A DNA stretch of 47,237 nt from Candidatus Nanoarchaeia archaeon (lineage in GTDB: Archaea > Nanobdellota > Nanobdellia > Woesearchaeales > SM23-78): assembly GCA_041479965.1 (NCBI GenBank), contig JBGOZE010000002.1, forward strand, positions 1-47,237, given 5' to 3'. Each line of letters opens with the position of its first letter. Position 1 is the first letter of the stretch. Both the position numbers and the translations under genes were made by a program. The notes under the pieces were generated by a model. The model was given only the letters and a program-made list of their open reading frames with translations. It was not told where the DNA came from and searched no databases. Below are positions 1 through 9,162 of this stretch, one piece after another.

Positions 1-263
1 AGCACTTCCAGGCCAGTGATGTTGAATCCGAGCTTCTCTGTCATCTCAGGCTTCTTGGTCTTGGATTGGCCATGATAGCTGCTGCACCCGACGCTCGCCA
101 TGCAACCAACTCCGAGGTAGTCGCTCATGAACCGCGCAGGCACCCAGCCGCCCTTGGCAATCCCGATGATGAAGTCGGGCTTGAAATGGTCTTTCTCGAC
201 CTGGCCCGCCAGGCTTTTGCACAAGCTCTTGAATTTCTCAAAGCTGATGTATTCCTTGCTCAT
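1..263 (-). CDS. phosphoribosyltransferase-family protein, N-terminal part (gene runs off the left edge)
   Basis: Absent from the ORF track because it is truncated. Reverse-strand translation from ATG (complement of 261-263) gives MSKEYISFEKFKSLCKSLAGQVEKDHFKPDFIIGIAKGGWVPARFMSDYLG..., which resembles the N-terminal region of type I purine PRTases. The frame stays open to the window edge. Confidence 0.5.
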   Translation of the reverse strand, partial: MSKEYISFEKFKSLCKSLAGQVEKDHFKPDFIIGIAKGGWVPARFMSDYLGVGCMASVGCSSYHGQSKTKKPEMTEKLGFNITGLEV

Positions 264-264
264 A

Positions 265-381
265 CGCCCCGGCCGGGATTCGAACCCGGGTCGAAGCCTT
301 GCTGTGCATTCAACCATTAATGATGATTAATGATTATAATCCTCGACAGGGCTTCATGATAGGCCACTACACTACCAGGGC
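265..381 (-). tRNA. tRNA-Asp(GTC) with one roughly 44-nt intron at or near the canonical 37/38 position
   Basis: Minus strand reads GCCCTGG-TA-GTGT-AGTGGCCTA-TCAT-G-AAGCC-CTGTCGA-[intron]-GGCTT-CGAC-CCGGG-TTCGAAT-CCCGG-CCGGGGC-G. The acceptor pairs 7/7 with one G:U. The T-loop is TTCGAAT and the anticodon loop is CTGTCGA. Confidence 0.9.
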
Positions 382-795
382 ACTCTGTGCGCGTGCTGAA
401 TGAAGTTGAATAATGATTGTTATTGGATGTTGTTAATAATATAGAGCCGTGGCTCTTTCCTTCTTGCGTATTACCTTTAGAAACTTCCTGCCCCTCCAAA
501 CATTTTTTCCGAAATCCTCTCCGCTAGCCTGGCTATGATATGATAATATCTATATATTACCAGTTAATGCTGGGAATTCTGGAAAAGAGTTCTGAGCCAT
601 TTATAAAGCTTGCGGTTTATTACAGGTTGAGTTTAATACCCCAATGCTTTGCATCGATTGGCAATACACAACCTGTAATCTCAAAAATGCCGGTCGCGAA
701 GCGAACAATTCGCGTCATACTCCGGAGCCTGCTCCGATTGGGTTAGTGAATTGCAGGCATTTTTGTTGATTTTATGCTATTTCTTCTTCCTGGCC

Positions 796-1416
796 TTATT
801 CTTTCTTTTGGCTCTTCTTCTTTTCTTTGCCTCCAAAGAAGCTGTTGAGGCTCTTACCTATATTATAGAATAAGTGCTTGAACTCGTCGCCGACATCCTG
901 CCATTCGACTGTTTCTTCCTGCTTTCTCTTACTGGCTGGTTCTGCTTTTTTGCCTAGCCGCTCTTTCTCTTCGAGTTCTTTCTCTTTTTTTCTTCTCTTG
1001 TGGACTTCTCCTGGCTTTCCTTTCCTGAAGAGTATCAGGACATAGCCTGCGACCAGGACTATCAAGGCAATAGGCACATAGACGAATTCTGGCAGGACAA
1101 AATTGCTCTGCACATAATTATTGAGAAAGCTCCACACCCTGAAGATGAAAATAACTATGAAGAAGCTGAGGATGGCGCTGCTCACAGGAGCCAATATGTT
1201 GAAAGGAAAATAGAAGCTCCACAGGATATCATTTATCAATCCTACGAGCATCATGATGGTGAAGAGCACCAAGCTGCGGTTGAGGAACAAGACAACGTCG
1301 ACATAGACCAGGCTGTTGATGTGCGGCAAGAGGATGTTAGCTGTTCCTAGCAATATCAGGAATAGGATGAATCCTCCGACATTGGACATGACTATCTTGA
1401 AAGCTGACCTTGACAT
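796..1416 (-). CDS. multi-pass membrane protein with Lys/Glu-rich cytoplasmic tail, function unknown
   Basis: 206 aa ORF with 4-5 hydrophobic segments followed by a KRRKKEKELEEKERLGKK... tail. A TATA-like box (complement of 1434-1449) lies about 25 nt upstream of the ATG. It is the last gene of the minus-strand ABC cluster. Confidence 0.6.
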   Translation of the reverse strand: MSRSAFKIVMSNVGGFILFLILLGTANILLPHINSLVYVDVVLFLNRSLVLFTIMMLVGLINDILWSFYFPFNILAPVSSAILSFFIVIFIFRVWSFLNNYVQSNFVLPEFVYVPIALIVLVAGYVLILFRKGKPGEVHKRRKKEKELEEKERLGKKAEPASKRKQEETVEWQDVGDEFKHLFYNIGKSLNSFFGGKEKKKSQKKE

Positions 1417-1532
1417 GGATTAGAGTAATCAAGGCGAATTTAAAAAGGTTTGTAGCTCATGAGAAAAAAAATCCTAAAAAAATTCTTTACTCATAACGCA
1501 AAGCAACAAAACTTGCAGTTTTGAGCATTGCG

Positions 1533-2777
1533 TCATTCGTAACGCAAAGCATCCACTGGCTTGAGTTTTGAAGCCCTGTAAGCAGGTATGATTCCTGATA
1601 TCACTCCTATGCCTACTGATACTGATAATGCGATGATTACAGAGTTCAAAGCGACAAAGGTCCCTCCTCTAAGCATTCCTGTCTCACCCATGAGCGCAGG
1701 CAGCGCTCCTGAGAGCAAAGCCCCAAAAAATATTCCTAGGACTCCGCCTACCAGGCCTATTAGCGCTGCATGTAGAAGGAAGATTCTCATGATATCCTTG
1801 TTCCTTGCCCCTATGGCTTTCATTATGCCTATCTCCTTGGTCTTTTCAAGCACAGATGTGAACATGGTATTGGCGATGCCGACAGCTCCGACTATCAAGG
1901 AGACTGCTGCTATGGCCAGGAGGAATGTATTCATTGTCGACATCATCGCTGACCTGGTCTCCTGCATTTGCTTGCTAGAGATGAGCGAGAAATCCTGTGT
2001 CTTATCTGTGACGTGCCTCACCATCATGAGCTTATCCTCGATTTTTGCCATTACTGCATCCAGTTGCTCCTCATCCTTTATCTTTATGATTATAGAATCA
2101 TAAACTCCGTTCTCCGAGTCCTCAAGGACCTGGTAAGCCATCTGTATCGGCATATAGATGCTGTTGCTCTCCTCATCAAGTATGCCCACAACCCTGAACA
2201 CATTGCTTTCTATGGTTATCATCTGGTTGATGCCTATTGGCTTGTCAAAATATGACTCTGCCAATCTTGCGCCTATAACAACAACATTCTGGTCAGCAGC
2301 ATCAAGCATCCTGCCTTCTTTTATCTCAGATGTGGTTATCCTGGACCAAACTGCCTGGTCCACTCCTGTCAATGAGACAGTGCCTGATTTACCAAAGTAT
2401 GACACCTCGACAGTCCCGCTGATGCGCGTATCTATCAATTCAATGTCAGGTATTGATTTCAAAGCCTGGATGTCTGTCCGGTCCAAGACCGGCTCTTCAT
2501 CTGTTGCTGTGGCTCCTGTGCCAAATGCTCCGCCGCCGTCCCTGTCTGAAGGGCCGAACATGCTAGCCCCTCGAGAGTAGCCTACCCTCAGGGTCAGAAG
2601 GTCCCCTCCCAATCCTCCCAGCTGGTCGCTCATCCTTTCCTGCATGCCGCCGCCTATTGACATTATGCCGACAACAGCACCTACACCAATCACGATTCCG
2701 AGTATGGTCAGCCAGCTCCTTAGCTTGCTGTGCATAACCATATCAAATGCATGCTTTAGGCACTTTCGTAACTTCAT
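1533..2777 (-). CDS. ABC transporter permease, MacB/FtsX-like
   Basis: An N-terminal TM (LRSWLTILGIVIGVGAVV) is followed by a large periplasmic-type domain and a C-terminal FtsX-type 3-TM bundle (KEIGIMKAIGARNKDI...). I start at the internal ATG at 2777, which overlaps the upstream TGA as ATGA. The longer track ORF (to 2915) overlaps the upstream gene. Confidence 0.85.
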   Translation of the reverse strand: MKLRKCLKHAFDMVMHSKLRSWLTILGIVIGVGAVVGIMSIGGGMQERMSDQLGGLGGDLLTLRVGYSRGASMFGPSDRDGGGAFGTGATATDEEPVLDRTDIQALKSIPDIELIDTRISGTVEVSYFGKSGTVSLTGVDQAVWSRITTSEIKEGRMLDAADQNVVVIGARLAESYFDKPIGINQMITIESNVFRVVGILDEESNSIYMPIQMAYQVLEDSENGVYDSIIIKIKDEEQLDAVMAKIEDKLMMVRHVTDKTQDFSLISSKQMQETRSAMMSTMNTFLLAIAAVSLIVGAVGIANTMFTSVLEKTKEIGIMKAIGARNKDIMRIFLLHAALIGLVGGVLGIFFGALLSGALPALMGETGMLRGGTFVALNSVIIALSVSVGIGVISGIIPAYRASKLKPVDALRYE

Positions 2778-4183
2778 TTTTTCTTCCCAGCAGGAACATC
2801 CTTTTTCCTGAAGACGTCTTTCATCCGGAAGCTCGGGTCGAGCATCTTCCCTTTCCGGTATTTTCCATATAATGCACCGAGGACTAACACAAGGACGAAC
2901 CCCACAATATACCATTTGTACTTAGAGAAGAAGCTCTCTTGGTTCCTTGTTCTGAAATAGGCTGCTCCTCCTGCCTGAAGGCTTGTGCTGTTGCTTCCTG
3001 TAGACGATTGCTGGTTCATGGCTACTTCTTTCTCCACCATGCTTCTTGTTCCCATGGTATCTGTGTAGGCCACCTGGACCTTCAAGGCATTCGCGTTCTG
3101 CGCCGTAGCATTCCTCCTCAAGGCTGCCCTTGGGTCAGTTTGATTAGATTGGACTTGTGGCATTGTTGGTGCTGATGCCTGCGTTGATTGCAGAGTGAAG
3201 CTTGCGACTGTATAATCTCCTGTGTTGAGGTTGCCGATTATCATTGAATTGGATCCTGTGACACTCCAGCCTTCTTGCTGGGGGATGATCACTGAGACTG
3301 AGAACGCGGGGTTGCTGCCGATGTTCGCTACAGAGAAAGATATCTGGTCGCTTGAGCTCTCAGAGAAAGCAACATCAAAATCAGTTCCTCCACCGACATA
3401 TATGCCTGCTATGGTGGATATTTTTTTGGTAGAGCCATTAAACGAATTCTCATAGGTGAGGTACAGGTTGAGCTTGTAGAGGCCTGGATCTGCGTTAGTA
3501 TCAGCGATGACCTGGTATTCTATCTCAGCGCTTTCACCGACATCGATATAATTGATGTATCTTGTGTTGTCGCTTCCAACAGGCAATATTATATCATCTG
3601 TGTTCTCCCATGAAAAGGTCAGGTCCCTCAAGGGAGCGTTCCCTACGTTGTTGATGCTGAACTTCAGGCTGCTCTGGTGGCCAGGGATCAGGGTGGTCTT
3701 ATCAATATGGATTATTTCTGCGTTCTCCCTGCCTTTGACGTCTATAGCAAGGCTTTTCTCAATCATGTTCCCTAATATCCCGTCATAATACTTGATCTTG
3801 AGGTCGTAACTGCCGGCTATTGCGTCCTTGTCGACTCGTACCTTGTACTTGATTATCTTCATGCTCGAGCTCTCATAATATCCTTGGTATCCTTGGATCG
3901 CTCCTATGTTCTGCACTGCACTATCACCTGATAGGAGAGTGAACGGGTATGCTGGCACCAGCTCTGCTGTAAGGTTATCAACAGCTCCTCCTCCGATGTT
4001 CTGGATCCCGATCCTGATCTCCACCGTGTCTCCTGCAACTGCAGGGTCAGGGTCTTGGTTGACCAAGCTTAGAGATATCGATGCCAGATTATCGAGTTCC
4101 GCATGCACAGCTGACACGCACAATACTAGAACTAATATCATTACTACTCCAAAAATTGTTTTGTTCATTTTCGTTTTTCTCAT
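2774..4183 (-). CDS. secreted, C-terminally anchored protein with repeated CARDB/COG1361-like beta-sandwich domains
   Basis: Signal peptide MNKTIFGVVMILVLVLCVSAVHA. Three N-x-G-x-x-x signature strands (IGIQNIGGGAVDNL, FSINNVGNAPLRDL, FSVANIGSNPAFSV). C-terminal TM plus basic tail. ATGA overlaps with both flanking ABC genes. Confidence 0.7.
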   Translation of the reverse strand: MRKTKMNKTIFGVVMILVLVLCVSAVHAELDNLASISLSLVNQDPDPAVAGDTVEIRIGIQNIGGGAVDNLTAELVPAYPFTLLSGDSAVQNIGAIQGYQGYYESSSMKIIKYKVRVDKDAIAGSYDLKIKYYDGILGNMIEKSLAIDVKGRENAEIIHIDKTTLIPGHQSSLKFSINNVGNAPLRDLTFSWENTDDIILPVGSDNTRYINYIDVGESAEIEYQVIADTNADPGLYKLNLYLTYENSFNGSTKKISTIAGIYVGGGTDFDVAFSESSSDQISFSVANIGSNPAFSVSVIIPQQEGWSVTGSNSMIIGNLNTGDYTVASFTLQSTQASAPTMPQVQSNQTDPRAALRRNATAQNANALKVQVAYTDTMGTRSMVEKEVAMNQQSSTGSNSTSLQAGGAAYFRTRNQESFFSKYKWYIVGFVLVLVLGALYGKYRKGKMLDPSFRMKDVFRKKDVPAGKKK

Positions 4184-4926
4184 TTTCTTCTTACCTCGTT
4201 ATGTTCAGATATTCCATTTTCAATTATCCTTGTTATTATACCATCTTTCAATTCAATTGTAGTATGAGCATACTTGGCTAGGCTGAGGTCATGGGTGACT
4301 AATATTATAGTCTTGCCCTGCTCCTTCCATAAAGTATGAAGCATGTTAAGGACTTCTCTTCCAGTGACGCTGTCAAGAGCTCCTGTTGGCTCGTCAGCAA
4401 ATATTATATCTGGGTTGGCTGCCAGGCTTCGCGCAATTGAGACTCTCTGTTGCTCTCCTCCAGAGAGCTGCGTCGGGCGGTTGTTCATCTTATTAGAGAG
4501 GCCTACAAGGCTGAGTATCTCTCTTGCTCTCTTGGCTGCTTCACTGGTACTGTATTCCAAGAGCTCCAACGGAAGCATCACATTCTCAAATGCAGTCAAT
4601 GAAGGGATGAGGTTGTACTGCTGGAAGATGAAGCCTATTGTTTTTCCTCTGAAAGAAGCTAAGTCAGACTCTCGCAAAGTGCTGATGTCATGCGACTCAA
4701 GAAAAACCTTTCCCTGAGAAGGCAAGTCCAAGCAACCCATAAGGTTCATCATGGTAGACTTGCCGCTACCAGAAGCTCCGATGATAGCCACGAAATCCCC
4801 TCTCTTGATGTCAACGCTTATTCCCTTGAGAGCAGGCACTTCTACCTCTCCCATCTTGTAAATCTTCCATACATCTTCAAGGCGAAGTATTGGCTCTTGC
4901 CTGTTTGACTTATCGGTTTTGATCAT
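4180..4926 (-). CDS. ABC transporter ATP-binding protein (MacB/LolD/FtsE-like)
   Basis: Walker A GASGSGKST, signature LSGGEQQR, Walker B IIFADEPTGALD and H-loop VTHD. Confidence 0.95.
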   Translation of the reverse strand: MIKTDKSNRQEPILRLEDVWKIYKMGEVEVPALKGISVDIKRGDFVAIIGASGSGKSTMMNLMGCLDLPSQGKVFLESHDISTLRESDLASFRGKTIGFIFQQYNLIPSLTAFENVMLPLELLEYSTSEAAKRAREILSLVGLSNKMNNRPTQLSGGEQQRVSIARSLAANPDIIFADEPTGALDSVTGREVLNMLHTLWKEQGKTIILVTHDLSLAKYAHTTIELKDGIITRIIENGISEHNEVRRK

Positions 4927-5033
4927 TCCAACTTCAAAGGCGTTGTTCTTTGAGTTGTTTATAAATCAAATGGATTTCATGTCCACCTTTTTTATATACA
5001 TTTAAATATTGCAGATGATTCGGTGATGTAAAA

Positions 5034-5714
5034 ATGGCGCCTCCGCCCCCTATGAATCCGATGATTTTCAGTACAGAACTATTGTTTACAATAATAGCTG
5101 TGATATTCTGTTTTCTTATATACTTCAAGACCCGGGAGATCTATAAGCTCACCAAGTACGAAGGTATTAAGTATTTTAGAGGAGCGTTCCTGTTCTTCGG
5201 ATTATCCTATGTTCTTAGGTTCATCTTCAGCCTCATAAGGTTCACTGGGATTGCTTTTGACTTTTTTATTCCCAGAGAGATGTTTGCTCTACTATTCATA
5301 TTACCACTAGGATATTTCAGCACCATAGGCATATTATACCTGATATTCGGTTCTGTATGGAAGAGATTCAAGAGCAAAAAATTGCTCGTGATTGGGCATG
5401 TGATCGCGGTGCTCCTGTCAGTCATCTCCTTCCTGACCAGGTCCCACATAATACTGCTCTACCTGCAGACAGCTCTCCTGGTTATCGCAGCCACACTAAG
5501 CTTTTTTGTGCACAAGAAAGATGCTCTCAAGAAAGAGAAGAAGATAACAGGCATGAAGATGCTGTACCTCCTGATTTCTGCCTTGTGGCTCATCAACCTG
5601 TGGATAATAGACGAGAAGAGACCCTTCCCTCTGGAAGTAGAAATCTTTTTCCAAATCATTTCCCTTATTGTGTTTATTATTATTTACCATAAAGTATCCA
5701 AGTGGCTCAAATGA
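5034..5714 (+). CDS. polytopic membrane protein, function unknown
   Basis: 226 aa with about 6-7 hydrophobic helices. A TATA-rich stretch at 4990-5010 lies about 30 nt upstream of the ATG. Confidence 0.6.
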   Translation: MAPPPPMNPMIFSTELLFTIIAVIFCFLIYFKTREIYKLTKYEGIKYFRGAFLFFGLSYVLRFIFSLIRFTGIAFDFFIPREMFALLFILPLGYFSTIGILYLIFGSVWKRFKSKKLLVIGHVIAVLLSVISFLTRSHIILLYLQTALLVIAATLSFFVHKKDALKKEKKITGMKMLYLLISALWLINLWIIDEKRPFPLEVEIFFQIISLIVFIIIYHKVSKWLK

Positions 5715-5989
5715 ACAGCAAGAAAAGAGACAGGCTGGCAGTGATATTTGATATCCTAAAAATCATCAGGGACAAACATAATTCAATAAAGCCGACGCCG
5801 CTCATGAGATACTCCAACCTGTCATCAAGCAGCTTCTCAGAATACTACTCAGAGCTTATAGCCAAAGAGTTCGTTAAGGAGATAACTGACAAGAAAGGAA
5901 GAAAATATATCACTCTCACAGACAGAGGATTCAAATACCTTGAGAAGTACAACCTTATTCTAGGATTCATTGATGAGTTTGAATTATGA
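5711..5989 (+). CDS. small winged-helix DNA-binding protein (COG3432-like)
   Basis: MNSKKRDRLAVIFDILKII...KPTPLMRYSNLSSSSFSEYYSELIAKEFV...GRKYITLTDRGFKYL is the typical archaeal wHTH pattern. ATG at 5711 overlaps the upstream stop as ATGA. The track starts at GTG 5702. Confidence 0.65.
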   Translation: MNSKKRDRLAVIFDILKIIRDKHNSIKPTPLMRYSNLSSSSFSEYYSELIAKEFVKEITDKKGRKYITLTDRGFKYLEKYNLILGFIDEFEL

Positions 5990-6039
5990 TTCTCTGCCAA
6001 CTCACGTCTTGCAAGCCATCAGGCAGGAAATCTTATGCT

Positions 6040-6609
6040 TCACCTGAATATACGCAACAACGGGTTCGGCTGGCCCTGCTGCGTTTGCGTCCGGGCTGAA
6101 GGCGAAGTGCTCTGATAGCCAGTGATTATGCTGATCTTGCCCTCATTAAGCTCTTTCAAGAAAGCTTCATCAGGCTCAGTCAGCTTCACCTTATAAGAAG
6201 CGTCAATAGTAATCAGGTAAAATTTCTCAATGGCAGTATGAGAGTTGTCTGTGACTATTGGTTTTATTGGCTGCGCAGCAGCAAGAAGTCTCAATCCATT
6301 CCTTTCCAGCAATACAAAGTAAAGGCCTTGCTTTAGAAGCTCTGCCTTGAGCTCGATAACAGAAGGAAACCTGGCTCGCTGCACAGAGCCCTTTGCCTGA
6401 GGATTAGCGCCAGAATACTGGGCAGTTGAGATGCTCTTGCCAGTGATTAGCTTCTCAAGTCCTGTCCTGTCGCCAGTGTAATGATTAGCAAAATAGCCTG
6501 CTGTGCCAATTGCGAGAACTCCAACAGTCCACTTGACCCATCCTCTTAGCTCTTGCTTAGGCATCATGCCTTCAAGGCCAGAATCTGTTTTCTTAATAAA
6601 AAATCCCAT
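6040..6609 (-). CDS. N-terminally anchored extracytoplasmic protein, function unknown
   Basis: 189 aa with a single TM (WTVGVLAIGTAGYF) followed by a soluble domain. A TATA-like box on the complement of about 6645-6658. Confidence 0.5.
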   Translation of the reverse strand: MGFFIKKTDSGLEGMMPKQELRGWVKWTVGVLAIGTAGYFANHYTGDRTGLEKLITGKSISTAQYSGANPQAKGSVQRARFPSVIELKAELLKQGLYFVLLERNGLRLLAAAQPIKPIVTDNSHTAIEKFYLITIDASYKVKLTEPDEAFLKELNEGKISIITGYQSTSPSARTQTQQGQPNPLLRIFR

Positions 6610-6674
6610 AAATCGTCACCATCAATCAGAAAATGACAGTAAATGTATCCACTATAAAAAAGTTATGATTAAAA

Positions 6675-6717
6675 GCCTGCCCCCGGACGAGAGCTTTTCA
6701 CTCAAATCCCGATGGGC
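6675..6717 (-). repeat. copy A (most diverged) of the tRNA-Tyr 3'-end-like GC-rich element, with an arm shared with copy B
   Basis: Minus strand reads ...CATCGGGATTTGAGTGAAAAGCTCTCGTCCGGGGGCAGGCTTTT. The CCGGGGGC core and a T-run match the tRNA-Tyr 3' end. CA(C/T)TCAAATCCCGATGG matches copy B at 16/17 positions. Confidence 0.5.
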
Positions 6718-6745
6718 TTCCCTGCGGGTGACCACAAAATGACAA

Positions 6746-6756
6746 AATATATAAAC
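6746..6756 (+). promoter_or_regulatory. TATA box for the Fic gene (leaderless)
   Basis: AATATATAAAC is centred about 27 nt upstream of ATG 6778. Confidence 0.55.
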
Positions 6757-6777
6757 GTGGACACCTTATAATATATT

Positions 6778-7701
6778 ATGTTCATAGAAAAGCGGAGAGC
6801 CGGCAAGAGCATTAAGAATTATCTTGTTTATTCTTACAGGGAAAAGGACGAAGTAAAGAAAATCCGGCATTATCTCGGCTTAAACCTGACAAAAGAAGAG
6901 TTGCAAAAAGCTAAAGAAGAGGCTGAGCAGCAAATCAAGAGGGAATTAGAGGAACTTCGCACTGAAATATTCAATTTCTCGCTTACAAAGAACCAGTTGG
7001 CAAAGCTTAACAAGTTTGATAGGCAAATAAAAGTTCATCATTTACAGGGCTTTGAATGGAAGGCTTTCACAGAACAGTTCACCTACAACACCAACGCAAT
7101 AGAAGGCTCGAGCGCGCAACTGAATGAAGTCCCTGAAATCTTGCACAAGCAGAAAGCTGAGGGTAATGAGGAGCTTGAGACAAAAGGCGTTGCCAAGGCT
7201 GTTGATCTTATCAGAAACACAAGAGAAGAACTGTCTTTGGACTTGATTAAAAAGCTGCATAAGCTCTGTTTTGAAGGCTCAAAGCACTTTGCGGGGCAAT
7301 TCAGGACTGTTGAAGTAGTCATAAGAAATGGCAAAGGAAATGTTATTCACGCAGGAGTTCCTGTGGCCAAACTAAATGAAGCGCTAAAAGACCTTATCGA
7401 ATGGTACAAGAAGAACAATAATAAATTCAAGCCTCTAATTCTAGCTGCCATCATCCACAACCAGTTTGAGCACATTCATCCATTCCAGGACGGCAACGGA
7501 AGAGTTGGCAGGTTATTGCTTAATTTCGTGCTGCTCAAGAACAAGCATCCGCCAATAAACATATCGCTTGAAAACAGGGCAGAATACTATCATTCACTAC
7601 AAGAATACTCAAAAAACCAGAATTTAAGGCCAACAATAATGTTCTTAATAAAGCAATACAAGAAAACACTCAAGCAGGTGACTACAAAAAAGCATAAGTA
7701 A
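6778..7701 (+). CDS. fic: Fic-domain protein (AMPylase family), class II with N-terminal inhibitory motif
   Basis: The canonical Fic motif HPFQDGNGRVGR (aa 234-245, nt 7477-7512) matches HxFx(D/E)GNGRxxR. TNAIEG (aa 105-110, nt 7090-7107) matches the (S/T)xxxE(G/N) alpha-inh motif and lies upstream of the core. Confidence 0.9.
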   Translation: MFIEKRRAGKSIKNYLVYSYREKDEVKKIRHYLGLNLTKEELQKAKEEAEQQIKRELEELRTEIFNFSLTKNQLAKLNKFDRQIKVHHLQGFEWKAFTEQFTYNTNAIEGSSAQLNEVPEILHKQKAEGNEELETKGVAKAVDLIRNTREELSLDLIKKLHKLCFEGSKHFAGQFRTVEVVIRNGKGNVIHAGVPVAKLNEALKDLIEWYKKNNNKFKPLILAAIIHNQFEHIHPFQDGNGRVGRLLLNFVLLKNKHPPINISLENRAEYYHSLQEYSKNQNLRPTIMFLIKQYKKTLKQVTTKKHK

Positions 7702-7744
7702 GTAAATGTGGTCACCTAAAAGGCGAATTTTAATTCTAAAAAAA

Positions 7745-7811
7745 AGTATCCCCGCCCCCGGCAAAGAGTAATTTTGATACCTTGAGCAGGATTTCATTCA
7801 AATCCCGATGG
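7745..7811 (-). repeat. copy B of the tRNA-Tyr 3'-end-like element, with extended arm
   Basis: Plus strand reads AGTATCCCCGCCCCCGG. This is the complement of CCGGGGGCGGGGATACT, against CCGGGGGCGGGGACTACT at the real tRNA-Tyr 3' end. The next 30 nt match copy C at 23/30. Confidence 0.75.
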
Positions 7812-7917
7812 CTCTCGCATCCTAGAGACAGAAAACACAGGATTCCTGCCATTCTGAGTTAAAATTGACAGGATCTTTCATAAACCCTTATAAACAAACT
7901 TTGTTTCTTTATTTCCT

Positions 7918-8655
7918 ATGGCTCGTAATTTTGGGAGTGTGGTTAATGGCGTAATTTCAGAGGCAGATATTCTTCTGGAGATAATTGATGCCAGGGCTGT
8001 TGCTCAAACCAGGAACCTGGAAATTGAGGATAAGGTTCAAAGGTCAGGTAAAACATTGATTTACGTCCTTAATAAGTGCGATCTTGCTGATAAGAGTGAG
8101 CTTGATAGGATCAAGAAAACACTCTCCCCTTCTGTGTTTATTTCTTGCAAAGATTATCATGGCATGAATCTTCTTAGGGAGAGAATAATTATTGAGGCTA
8201 AGAGAAGAGGTTTTGAAAAGCCAATAGTTGGAGTTTTAGGCTATCCTAACATGGGCAAGAGCTCTGTAATAAATGCTCTTAGCGGGACAGGAAAAGCCAG
8301 AACATCAAGCACTTCGGGGTTTACTCGCGGTAAGCAATATGTTACTTCACGACACTTCTATCTTATTGATACCCCGGGAGTTATTCCTTACGGTGAGAAT
8401 GATGTTGTGAAAAACACAATGACTGGAATAAAAACCGGGTCAAAGGATCCTGAAACAGATCTTCTTCTGATAATGCAATCGCATCCAGGGCTTATAGAAT
8501 CGCATTACAATCTTCCTGTGGAAGATGATAAAGAAGAAACTCTTGAGAAAATAGCCATTAAAATGAATTGCGTGAGAAAAGGAAACCTGCCAGACACAGT
8601 AAGAGCAGCAAGAACAATCATTAGTTGGCTCAGAGAAGGAAAGATCAGGATATGA
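7918..8655 (+). CDS. circularly permuted GTPase (YlqF/RbgA/YawG-like ribosome-biogenesis GTPase)
   Basis: G4 NKCD (YVLNKCDLAD) comes before G1 GYPNMGKSS and G3 DTPG, which is the cpGTPase order. TATA CTTATAAAC at 7887-7895 lies about 27 nt upstream of the ATG. Confidence 0.85.
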   Translation: MARNFGSVVNGVISEADILLEIIDARAVAQTRNLEIEDKVQRSGKTLIYVLNKCDLADKSELDRIKKTLSPSVFISCKDYHGMNLLRERIIIEAKRRGFEKPIVGVLGYPNMGKSSVINALSGTGKARTSSTSGFTRGKQYVTSRHFYLIDTPGVIPYGENDVVKNTMTGIKTGSKDPETDLLLIMQSHPGLIESHYNLPVEDDKEETLEKIAIKMNCVRKGNLPDTVRAARTIISWLREGKIRI

Positions 8656-8749
8656 TTAACCCAGAAGAGCCAATAGAATTAATGCTTTTAGATAATATTT
8701 AAATCGTTTTTCAGCAATCTTTATATAATTCGTTGTTTAGCTGTTGGTC

Positions 8750-9064
8750 ATGGCAGGTAGGTGTTCTGGTTGTGGTATCTGTTGCAGCCTATTCATGATT
8801 AATTTGTCTGAGGAGGAGTACAAGTCTAAGAAATTCAGGACTCAGTTTGCGAGGTTTGGACTAATTCGTGATTTTATTGAGGCTGAAATGTGCGGCGCTA
8901 ACATTCTTGAGCAAAAAAAGGATGGCAGCTGCGTTTATCTTAAGGATGGCAAATGCTCTATCCATGAGTCAAGGCCAAAGGCTTGCAGAGCATTCTTTTG
9001 CACGTCAAAAAATAAAGCGTTTAAAAAGATGATTGATGATATTAATGAAAGGAAGAATGCTTAA
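8750..9064 (+). CDS. YkgJ-family (UPF0153) cysteine-cluster protein
   Basis: N-terminal CSGCGICC (CxxCxxCC) and C-terminal DGKCSIHESRPKACRAFFC. TATA CTTTATATAA at 8719-8728 lies about 26 nt upstream of ATG 8750. The track starts at TTG 8744. Confidence 0.75.
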   Translation: MAGRCSGCGICCSLFMINLSEEEYKSKKFRTQFARFGLIRDFIEAEMCGANILEQKKDGSCVYLKDGKCSIHESRPKACRAFFCTSKNKAFKKMIDDINERKNA

Positions 9065-9162
9065 TGAAGACCTCCATCCCAATAGACATCCTGAAGCCCA
9101 GCTCTCCCCCATTGGATACCAGGAGTTAAGAAAAATAATTAATCAGGACTTGAGTGAAAATA

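Noticed and set aside
66-330. Plus-strand track ORFs 66-320 and 127-330
   Set aside because: They run antisense to a much more convincing PRTase-like N-terminus (complement of 1-263) and straight through tRNA-Asp. Their sequences are low-complexity with no motifs.
1533-2915. Long N-terminal extensions in track ORFs (1533-2915, 41080-42066, 34721-35452, 25506-27629, 32542-33291, 9228-10190)
   Set aside because: The extensions overlap upstream genes or promoters and add non-homologous, Cys- or Arg-rich sequence. In each case an internal ATG with a proper SD, TATA or stop-start overlap restores a canonical N-terminus.
7745-7830. Copies A-E as 3' halves of split or trans-spliced tRNAs
   Set aside because: No matching 5' acceptor strand (GGCGGGG on the plus strand) and no T-loop (TTCRA) or complementary T-stem lie upstream of any copy. 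This cannot be excluded without genome-wide data, but the att-remnant or repeat explanation is simpler.
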